Positions 53,461-64,000 of a stretch of DNA of 64,000 nucleotides are shown one piece after another. The stretch lies in the NCBI GenBank assembly GCA_004022145.1, contig RCNU01000009.1; one strand, 5' to 3'. Source of the DNA: Paecilomyces variotii. Lineage: Eukaryota. The translations under genes and the position numbers were made by a program. Below the pieces are notes generated by a model. That model made no database searches, had not been told where the DNA came from, and saw only the letters and a program-made list of their open reading frames with translations. Positions within the stretch are counted from its first letter, which is position 1. Every line of letters begins with the position of its first letter.

Positions 53461-56400
53461 GTGAATGGGCGAGAGTGGCATTCGCGGGGAGTCGCGAGAT
53501 GTCCTATTACGGGAAACCGAACGCGTTTAGTGGCTCGCGTCCCGATCGGGTGTGTGACTGACAGTAGTATAGCAATGTTGTGTCCATGATGAAGACAACA
53601 CATCTTATGGCAGTAATTGAATGATGATGAAGGTTTTTTATCTTGTTTTGAGGGATGTTATGGTGCAATGTTGAGAATTATACTCTTTGTATCCCTCCAT
53701 GTTGCGGATAAATAGATACAGTATATATATAATTAGACTGGCTAATTACCAGATCTTTCTATGTAGAATGTACATAAAGTCCAGGAAAGCTATTGAACTA
53801 AGACAAACCAGAATGAACATTATCCAAACAGAAAATCACTAGCAATATACAAAAATAGACCATCTGAGGATATGATACGGTTGAACCCACCGAGTCCTGG
53901 ATTATACATGCATCTACTAGCTAACGACACCATATTATTTGCTCTTAAAAACCCTCACCAAACGACATGGGCATCAGAAACATTAAAACCGAGAGACACC
54001 AGATATATCGACAACTATCTACTCTCACCAAAACCTTGCCGGTAAGAGGAACAATGTGCCGTGCATACATACAAGAGACTCTACACATGCAGTCACATCC
54101 CACAACCAATCCCCAATGGCAGGCGTATCCTTCCACGAGCGGCGTCTGACATTATAAATATACAGAGCCAAAAAGGGTCGTGATTGATAATATGCCTCCG
54201 TGGCAAGAACAGAGTACAGAAATTGATCCCTGTCGAAGAGGGGGATCATCTACAGCCTGTTGAATCTCTCGAGGAGCACAATTAAGCACCAACGTTAACT
54301 ATTGTATTGTCTGCTGCGGGAGATAACATGACTGGAAGGTGGACCAACGATTCATTGTGATGGGACGATTTGACAGTTCTACTAAAAAACTACCGGAAAG
54401 GTACTCATGGTGTCTATTTCAGTTGGATGTATTTCCCGGAAGGAATGATACTTGGTTCAGGCAGGCAACCAACTATCCGCATGGCGATGAAAAGGAGTAA
54501 CCGATCTGTCCGAATGTCGGTGTTTGATCGAAGAGCAAAAAAAGCAAGGCCATTGTACCCGACAGCAATAATCAGTACTCAGCATCAATAATAGCACTGT
54601 GTAACCGTCCTTACGCCCCCTGCCGTCCCAACTGCCGGCTCCTTGCTACGTTAGTTTGGACCCGACGCTCAGGATCCGAGCGCGACCGTTGCGAGACAGA
54701 TTAGTAACATGAGCGGGGGGGAGAAGCTGAGACGGAATGAATCGCAAAAGATATGTTATCTAGCCGGAAATGTCAGGGCTGCGGAAGATCGGTAATAATA
54801 ACTAAAATAGCCATGAAACGGCCCAAGCGACACGAGGCCCGTGTGTTCGTATCCTAGTCTATCCCAGACAAGACGTCGAGCCTAGTTAGTTGACCGCAGC
54901 AGAAAATCAATTTCCAAGAATGATCGACAAACATTCATTTTGGACGGAGAGGAGAAGAAGAAAAGAGAAGAGAAGAAACACATCATTCTTGACAGCGGTT
55001 GCGGATAAGCATGGCCAATGGCACATTCCACATGCCACATGCACGGATGGACCTTTCTTTTCACATGGCAGGGCCAGTGATACGTAGTGCCCAAGAACAT
55101 AAGCGTGGAATGCCAACCTAGTCCGTTGTTGCAGGAGCTGCCAGACATGAGACGAAGCTGGAATGCAAGAGCCACGAGGGCAGTGGAGACGATAACGTCC
55201 CTGCGTTGGGATAGAATAATAAAAAAAAAGGGTCAATAATGATGTAGACTCTAGAGTATGCAAGAGGGACACCCGCCAATCAGTCATAGCACATCGACTA
55301 TCAAAAGTCTCGATGCAAGGAGCTGTAAATAGATAGTAGTGCCTGCATACGATAGGAAGGGAAAAAAACGGTCGAAACTTGGCAATAGTTAGTGCTCTAT
55401 CGTATATGGCGCTCACTTGCACAGAGCCTGATTAGCGGTATCACATTGCACGAGAGGAGATCACGGAGGTATACCAGAAACGGAAATATATCCTTCTGCT
55501 ATGCACGATTAATAACTATATCCGTCTGACGGGGTAAAGTATGGGGTTTTCTGCAATTGCGCGACTGAGATAGCGGCATGTACGACATTTCGGACGCAGA
55601 GACCTAGAATGGCGAATGCTATGAAGGTGGGGGATTCGAGCTAGATCGCTGAGAAGCGACTTGAAGATGGAGAAAATGCAGGCTATGAAATGCAAGATCT
55701 TGTCATCTGCAACTTCAGCTTCTGTGGAAGCTTGTCAACCCATCAAACAAGGCTGTAGATACCTGGCAAGGGCGCACAACTGAGTAATCTCTCACAACAT
55801 CAATGCATCCATCCAGTCAATGTAGTAATATGCTGAGCAGACATTGCAAGTTTCCGGCGGTGTAGACGTCGTGTTGATGATTGGGTTTTTCATCAAACCC
55901 TGACGGAAAGTTGAATTTTGGATCAATCACATTTATGTGCCCTTTGATCTGGGTTTAGTCGTTCGATGGAGGACACGGTCCCCACGTGGACAGTGGAAAT
56001 CAATAGATCATGCTCAATCCAGCATCGTCCTTGAGACATGTGCATGCATACGTTGTTCAGATCGAGTACGAAGGAGGTAGAAGATGGATAAGTGAACGAA
56101 AACAGGCAAGAGAAGAGAGTGTATTCCTCCATCTAGTCTGCCGTCAACGGGATATTATCGGCTCATAAATTCGCCCTAGAGTAGAGCTGTCATCCGCGCC
56201 ATGCCCCTGTCCATCTCATGGCCGTCGGTGGCGCCAACACGGTTATTCCGTTAAGCCGTACATTGCAGTATTATTAGTCCACGGATGCTCGGAGATTTTG
56301 TAGCCATACATTTCGCCGGGTTCACAGGACGCTCGTCAATCCGGGAGATTCGCCTAGATAGATTATCGAATGCAGGCTTTTTATTGCATGTGGAACGCCC

Positions 56401-59400
56401 CTCAAGGCAGGGATCGCGCGAACTTGGTGGTGGGCCATTGCAACCCTCGATGAATACGACGTGATCACATACGTCGATTGAAGTCGTGGCCGAGAGAAGG
56501 GCGCAAGAGAAGCGTCCCAAAAGCGGGGTTGGATATCTGGGATAGATAGATACCTACAGAGGAGTCTTACGTACCGTTGGAGCTTCAGAGAGCAAAGCCA
56601 GCAGCCGGCCCAAGCGTGGGACATATCAATTATCTGGGTTAGTTACAACTTACAAGTTACAATGTTGAACATCCAGCAATTATGATTATTATTATTATCT
56701 GAGTCCCTGCAGACACCGTAGCGTTTCTAGATCGACGATCTTTTTCAGTTTCCAAAGTTAAAGCTACTACGAAAGAAGAAAGATTAAGTGAAAACCAAGA
56801 CCCAGAATAATACTGTAATAAGGATCATCTCTCCTAGGGAGAGGTATTATTTGCTCCGTGGTAGATGGTTTCATGTCCACCTGATCCTCTCGAAGGCGAG
56901 CATTGCCGCCTGCTGACAGCCACGGTAGACGAGGAACGATTACGTCGAAGGAGCGGGAAAGAATCGGACAGTTTTCTCGATAGCCTTTTGCGTCCCTTTT
57001 CGAGAGAAAAAAGAAAAAGAAAAAAACGTTTCTAGCGTGACTCTCTTATGGCATGACCTGTGGATGTCCGGTTACCAGGATTCCCTGGTGACAGTCTCGC
57101 ATCTCACAGATACTTAACGCTGGAGCAAGCGAAGGCAAGAATTGTATAGAACCGGGTTGGCCAATTACACGTATTATTATTAGCCACGGGAGAGAATACA
57201 TAGTTAGTTACTCTACTCTACGGTAGATACTCAGTGTTAATATAAATTGACTAATAATACATAATGCCACGAACTGGCCGTTGCGGCGCAGCAAGGCTAA
57301 CATCAACACCAAAAAAGAGCATCCGGACGACGCGCACGGCAAACCATGGGACTTGGTGGAGGCACTGGAGCTCCATCGAGGGGCCTGAGCGGGGGAAGAT
57401 CCACAACGGCCGGTCAGAAAAGGGTTCTGTGCTTGGTGTGCGGGTAGATCCGCCCTGGTGGATATACGGAAGTAATAATAGTGAAGGATGAAGATGGCCA
57501 AGCTCTCGAGCTTTACTTCAGACACATTATCATTGGATGAGTCTTTATCAGCCCGGAGAAAGTCATCTAAGTGACTATGACTCTAGAGTCCTAGACGATC
57601 GATGCTTCTGCTGATGCTCAAGCCTCATAGTCATCCTGTCCGTTGCGCAGCGGCACTTCATGCCAGGAACTGGGCACGGAACCGTTACTCTTCTGAGCAA
57701 TAGCTGTCTCCTTAGCTGCTTGCTGACCTTCACAAAGCCATCGTGCCAACCTCCCGGCACCTGCTCTCGAATCAGACAATAGTTCGTTTGTACTACTCGC
57801 GGTACCCCTGAAGCGAGCTCCTACGCCGCTGACACGCTGCATTCAGGAGAATCATCCGGGGTCGTGGAAGTGACAGGACCTATGGTATGCACCGAATATG
57901 GGAAGAAGGCATGCCAGGAAAGTTTCACGACGGCGGTTAGTGCTTCAGCCCGTGGATCGAGGCGATTGGGATCTGGTCCAGCTAGGAATTTTCATAGTAC
58001 GTACTCCAGTAACCGCAGCACGATTCCCAGAGCCAGACACCAGGTCATGCTGCCTGTGTTCCTAAGATAATTAAAATCATAACTAAACACATTTTGTGTG
58101 TGACAAATACTGACCTCGACTTAACTATCGCTGAAGTCAAAGGCAAAGTCTGAAAAGCGGGTAGGAAGATCCCATCCCCAGGATGAGTTTCTTGATGGCA
58201 GATGCCGTACCTATGGTAGCTTAATCCCCCCTGGAGATCCTTGGGACAACTTCTTCCGGGCCAGACAAAGAAACACGGCCTTACCTTCAGATTCCGCAGT
58301 GCGGAATTGGCCTACGCTATCATTCGGGAACGGATCGACATCTCCGACCGTGGCGCGCGTAGAAGAGTCGCACGAGATGCGCACAAGCCAGGTAGGGAAA
58401 TAATTTATCCCTAACATCAAGCCAGGAGTAAGATCTGGTAGAGGAAATGGAGTAATTGTAAACTAGATAGATAGATAGATAGTTACATTTCACAACTTCT
58501 GCATTGTGGACATTTCATTATGAACGTAGCAGGGTTGGGAGACTGCCTAGGCGAATCACCAATGATAGTAACAATAACAATAATACCATACTGCCCCAAA
58601 TGCTTGCCGGCAACGGTTGGTCGGGCCGTGTGGCGGACGACGCGCACGAGGTACATCTCACCGCCAGCGTAAAGCTCGTTTGGGAACTTTGGAGTGTGCC
58701 ATGATTCATGAAGATAAAGGGCAGCTCCAGCATAGACTGACTGATTTTAGTTTGTTAGTTAGTTAGAACTTTAGGTACTTGCTGGTACGGACACCACTTC
58801 CCCTCCTGCCGTGGTAAGCGCCGCGGCCCTTTTGGGAACCCGGACCGCAGAGAGCGAGACAGAGGACCGGTTCTTTCCGGGCACGACAGCCAACCAGCAG
58901 CGAGCCTGGAGGCTTGGCTGCAGCGCGCCGGCAGGTTCTGGGAAGGAACCGGCCCTGCTAGCAGGAGCCCAAGGTTGACCAGGTTGACAGCTTTATTCGT
59001 CCAGGCGAGGACAGATGGCTCGCCGTCGCATGCTGCGGATCCCATTTTCAGAGAATGCAAAGGCCGACTGGGACCAGTTTTCTTTTTGGTCCCGGACCCG
59101 GTGGTTAGATTGGCTTTTCCTACTACTCTTCTCGCCCGAATAATAATGGAGCTCAGCAGTGGGCACATCCGGCAGCAGCTTTTTCTTAGGATCAAAGTCT
59201 CTTCTGCTATCTAAATCTGCTAAACTGCTTTGGCACCTCACCCCGGACCAGAGACTAAGAAGGACTCCGTTAATGAGGCAGCGAAAGTGGCCGCGAGAAT
59301 AATTAATCGCTGCTTGTCACCCGTGGCACGACGGAACAGGCAGGCAGGACGACCGGCAGGAACGGCTGATGGTTTCCTGCAACCGCTGGTGCCGACCCCC

Positions 59401-60477
59401 TGGGTCCGGAGTCAGACCACGACCCGGCAGAGCAGTTACTGGGAGAAGGTGCGGAGTCGCCTTTTTCCTGGGATCCTGGGATTCTGGGATCTTGGTCGTT
59501 GGGCGGTTGGCCCCGGAGAGGCAGGGGTGGGTGGTTTAGTGTGCTGCAGAGCAACCACCCGAAGCAGCCAGACCGGTGGGGCCTGTCTGCCCAGGGCCCC
59601 AGTCGTCCCAGGTCGCGGCCTCGAGGATCGCCTGTGGTTTGTCCACGCACGGCCTCCCGTGTAGCTGGTGGGCACCTCCCCGAGCTTAGCTGCTGGGCAG
59701 GCGAGCCTATCAGGGGCGACGGCCAGTACAGGATCGGGACATGGCCCCAGGGCTGGGACCGCCGAGAGACGGGCGGCTAGCCGTTGATAGCCTAGGCTGC
59801 TCGCTTAGGCGCCCGCAGGCCGGAGGAGGGCGCACCGTCGCCCGCAGAAGCCCAGCAGACCCCCCTGTTCCTTCTAGTGCAGGATCCATCCCATATTTGC
59901 GCCCATCAGCCGGACTCGACCATGGGCCCAAAACCACCCTCCCCGCAGGCCACGGTCCGCGATCCACCGTCGCCGGCCATCCACGACGCAGGATTCTCGC
60001 GAGCTATACCAGGGTTGCCAACGACGGCGCCCGCTCTAAATGCGACTCTGTTGCGTTAGTAGGATCACTCTAGTACTCTACTGCCTCCGACGGCTGACTC
60101 GCCCGCCGTCACTAGGACATCCGTTCTCCTCTCCTATCCCCATACCTCAGTCCTACACTCGTTCTCTTCTCCATTGTCGACTTCACCTGCGTCCTTCCTC
60201 GTTCGGCCAGCGTATCGCCGTTGAGGTCGTTGCCGATTCACGCAGTCGACAGATACTGGACGCTCCAGCATTGAATTGGACTCGTCCCTTTTCACCGGCT
60301 TCCTTATTCGGCTTGAACCCTACAGCTTTCCCAACCGCTTGGGTCGGTTGGTTGCAGATACACTCGATACATCATTCTCGTGCTGGGAGGAAAGAAGGAA
60401 AGAAGGACGGAAAGAAGTACAGACAGCGGTCTTGGGACAGCAAGGAATCTGAGATTGATTGATCTGCCGGTTTGAGA

Positions 60478-60628
60478 GTACGTTGCACTTCGGGAGAATC
60501 AATGGCACCGGCCGTCCTGCGTCTGTTCACCACCGCGGAGACCAATGTTTCTGATCACCACAGAACGAGGCTTCTGGATCGTGTGCGGTATTCAACTCGG
60601 GGAGGTAGTCGCTGACAATTGAGCGCAG
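60478..60628 (+). promoter_or_regulatory. Candidate veA 5'-UTR intron containing a 37-codon uORF (60502-60615)
   Basis: Donor GTACGT at 60478, branch CTGAC at 60612-60616, acceptor CAG at 60626-60628, ending 59 nt before the veA ATG. The enclosed ATG..TGA encodes MAPAVLRLFTTAETNVSDHHRTRLLDRVRYSTRGGSR. Confidence 0.55.
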
Positions 60629-60687
60629 AGGTTCACCGTTCGGAATATTTTTTTCCTAATTGTATAAATAATATTGTCACATTCGCC

Positions 60688-62466
60688 ATGGCGACGACGA
60701 GACCACCCCTTATGCCTCCGTCCAATGAGACGGAGCATTCGATCAGCAGAATCACTCGCGAGGGAAAGAAGATCACATACAAGTTGTCGGTCATCCAGCA
60801 GCCAGAGCGTGCGAGAGCTTGCGGTGCCGGTGTTAAGTGTAGGTTTCTTGCGATTCGACAACACATGTAAACCGTCGCTGACTCTAGTCTTTGTCTGATA
60901 GCTTCTGCTGACCGTCGGCCTGTTGATCCTCCACCTGTGGTGGAACTACGTATCTACGAATCCGACCCGAATAATGACATGCACAAGACCGACATCACTT
61001 TTGCTTATAATGCCAATTTCTTCCTGTTCGCGACGTTGGATACCGCTCGTCCAATTGCTCAGGGGAGAGTATCAGGACATCCGCCAACATGCCCTGTGTT
61101 GACGGGTGTGCCTGTTGCGGGTATTGCATACCTCGATCGCCCTGCCCAAGCCGGTTATTTCATCTTCCCCGACCTGTCCGTTCGCCACGAGGGCCGATAC
61201 CGTTTGAACTTCAACCTATACGAGGAGGTGAAGGAGCCCAAGGATGCGGATAAGGATGCTCCGCTACCCCCTCAGGAGCCCATTCAGCCGTCGATGAAGG
61301 CGATCGCACCGCAGACATACCTTCATTTCCGTCTCGAAGTCAAGTCGATACCTTTCACCGTCTATAGCGCCAAGAAATTCCCGGGTCTCGCCACGAGTAC
61401 TTCGCTGAGCAGAGTTGTGGCGGAGCAAGGATGCAGGGTTCGAATCAGACGCGATGTCCGAATGAGACGCCGCGGCGACAAGCAGACCAAAGAGTACAAT
61501 GAATACGACGAGGAGAGGGTATATGCTCGCTCAGACAGATACTCGACCCCCGATGCCTATGTAGCCACTCCCATTGAACGTCCACGATCCACCAGCAACA
61601 GCACTATCGACGCACCTTTTGCTTATGTCCCTGATGGTCAACGGCGACCGTCAGTGCCTGAATATGGTTACCCGCAGCCATACCAACAACCTCCCCCTCC
61701 TACGCCTGCTCCCACTACCTACCAGTCACACCTGACGTTTGGCTCGACACAAACACAATACCAGACTCCTCAGCTACCACCCACGCCACAGCCTCCTGCG
61801 GCACCAGCAGCCGCATACTCCCCACACCCGGCCTACGCTCATGTCCGCAGACTGTCGAACGCAGCCGAGTCCGAGCCTCCTGTCCAAGGCTACCCTTACC
61901 AGCAGCCCCGGCCGCAGGTAGAACGCTTTGATTATCCCAAGACTTCTCTGCCTCCTCTGCGACTGGTTGACCCTCCCAGACCAGTCAACCCTCAACCGTA
62001 TGGCGAGCCCCGTTCATCCGACCCGAATGCCTATCAGTCTTCGACACAACCCTCCGTTCCTCGAGCCCGCACGCCAGCAGCCACCGAAATCCCACCATCT
62101 CTGCCGCCTTTGAAGACTCTTTCAGGGGAGTACACGAGCATGCCGCAGTCGATAAGTGCTCCGCAGGCGCGGAACTATGATCCAGTGACCGGCAAGAGGC
62201 TGCTCTATGATACAGAGGCAAAACTGACGAAACGCACACACGAGGATTCCTTTGGTCACCAGGAGCGGTCTCTGCAGAACGGCATGCGTCCTGATGCTGC
62301 GGATCTGAACGCATACCCTGGGCGTGGTCGCAATGGGAGAAAAACAGAACTGGAAACTGCCAAATTCTTCGAGGAACTAGGGATTGAGCGTGCGGCTATG
62401 GAATACAGACGTGCAGATGGAACAATGTCCACCAAAGTGACGCCTGTTCGTGGTAGCAAAGTCTGA
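60688..62466 (+). CDS. veA: Velvet protein VeA, global regulator of development and secondary metabolism (571 aa)
   Basis: SRITREGKKITYKLSVIQQPERARACGAG, SSADRRPVDPPPVVELRIYE, DITFAYNANFFLFATL, GYFIFPDLSVRHEG, VYSAKKFPGL..STSLSR..AEQGCRVRIRRDVRMRRR. Intron 60839-60901; Pro-rich C-terminus. Confidence 0.97.
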
Positions 62467-63277
62467 GAAAAAGATGTCAGGTTACTCTATTATTTAGATT
62501 CTCATTCCCATTTTCTTGCACATCATTGATTTTTTCTTTCCAGTCCTCTTTTGCGTGCTTTCCCGCAAGGAGTTCTTGTTCGGAGTTTCTGGCTGGGGGT
62601 TTTTTTTCCTGTGAGAGGGAATTGTATGGAGCTTTTTTTCTTGCGGAAGTCAAACACCAGAATATCTTTTTTTTGCTATATATGGTCTTTTTCTTTTCTT
62701 TTTTCTTCTTTTTCGCCTCGCATACGGTCCTGGTGTAGAGCACAGCCAACGTTCCTTTTTTTTACCCTTCGAAATTTTCCTTGTGTGTTGAAATTGGCCT
62801 ACCCTTATGCACATTTCTTCATTCACGGTGTGTGTGGATTTCTATTATATTCCCCGTTTGCTTCTGCGTCTTCCTGTTCTCAAGACTCGCTGCAGTGGCT
62901 GCGGCTACCTTCTCTCTTCTTTCTACGTCGACCACCCCTTTCTTAGACGGTACAATATACTCTCTGCCCACCATGCATTTCTGGATGGTGGCGGCAATTT
63001 TTTGAGTTCTATGTGAGGCGGTTTTTCTTCGCTTTTTTTTTTTTTTTTTTCTTCCCTTGGTAACCCGATTCTCTATTTCCATCTACGCATCGTGCGGCCA
63101 TTGTGATGTCAATTGCAAGAAGAAGCATTAAATGTGATTAGAGAGGCCGCCAATGGCTCTAAATTAGCTAGTTATTAACAAGCTAGCTAGCTAAATGGGC
63201 GATTTCCCCTTCAAAGGCATTGTTTATGTAGCGTAAAATTGTTTTTATTTTTTTTATTTTTTCATTTCGCTAGGTTA

Positions 63278-63818
63278 AGTACAGGCGACATTTCCACTGG
63301 CAATCTGATTGTCAACGAGGGGAAAGAAACCCAATCCTGGCCAGCGTTTCTAATCGACTTGGACCTTGCTATCAAGGAGCAACGAGAACGACCTTCTGGG
63401 GCGAGAGGTAAGACTGGGACCAGGGCTTTTATGGCTATTGGTCTCCTTTTGGGGGAAAGACACACTTTCAACCATGATTTGGAGTCTTTTTTTCTGGGTT
63501 CTCTTCTGGATTTGTATCCATTATAATGGACCAGGAAACAGGAGCAGGACGATGCCCGAATTCGAGAAATGGAATTATGTCGACATGGAAGAATTAGCTA
63601 AGCTTAAGCTGGGAACAATATCAGAGGAGGATGTCTTCAGGAGCACCGTAGAGGCGAATTTCACGGAATATCACGAGTCGTTAGTTCCGTGGGTTCTCGA
63701 GTTACGAAAAGTGGTATTCCCTAACGGAAGAATACGAAAGAAAGAAGACAGGGGGGTTTATTTGCGGATGCGCCAGATTCTTAGGAGTGCTCAACAGGAT
63801 GAAAAAGTCTTAGCCTGA
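63278..63818 (+). pseudogene. C-lobe relic of a FunK1-type fungal protein kinase, 5'-truncated, with a +1 frameshift
   Basis: GDISTGNL..FLIDLDLA..SGARGKTGTRAFMAIGLL..HTFNHDLESFF/WVLFWICIHY. The frame shifts at a T7 run (63487-63493); HRD is lost and there is no N-lobe between it and the veA 3' region. Confidence 0.8.
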
Positions 63819-64000
63819 CGTCTTATAAATCTAAGAAAGTCACGGTGTGGGCAAATTACTCTGCTGCAACAGAAAGTACATTCCAGTCATCATGTTATCT
63901 GTACTCGGGGATCAAACATGTCTACAGTCAATATTGTCAAGTATTACTTCTACAAGGGCATGGTCCCTAAAGGCCAAACCAGATTGCAAAAACCACTCAC

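Noticed and set aside
62455-62466. VeA C-terminal SKV as a PTS1-like peroxisomal signal
   Set aside because: Weak variant; VeA is an established nuclear/cytoplasmic regulator and nothing else supports it.

Overview
Intron-rich filamentous ascomycete DNA. Gene content and splice signals point to Eurotiales (Aspergillus/Paecilomyces-like); the species cannot be fixed from the sequence. The backbone is a run of conserved housekeeping and regulatory genes: RCF2 (exon 1 only, at the left edge), IWS1, TOM5, NUP57, complex I subunit NDUFA8, an Atg37-like acyl-CoA-binding protein, a GABA/choline-type permease, kdmA, facC, a CAP/PR-1 protein, a YyaL/SPATA20-like protein, a WD40 protein, SCD6, RAD57 and veA. 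Three accessory pockets interrupt it, all containing atypical kinase-like genes: APH-like plus SRPK-like (13.6-18.2 kb); cyclase-like, small acidic protein, AAA-ATPase pseudogene and AIM9-like phosphotransferase (45-51.3 kb); and a FunK1 kinase relic (63.3-63.8 kb). The most notable signals absent from the ORF track are: (1) a dual-guide box C/D snoRNA in SCD6 intron 3, predicted to direct two 18S rRNA methylations that budding yeast assigns to separate snoRNAs; (2) a candidate 5'-UTR intron in veA that encloses a 37-codon uORF; (3) a ~200-bp MITE-like fold-back element wrapped around a TTAGGG array just upstream of the AIM9-like gene; (4) the micro-exon gene TOM5 and the first exon of RCF2. 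No tRNA, rRNA, CRISPR array or intact transposase/recombinase was recognised. All family assignments come from motif recognition by eye; no searches were run.
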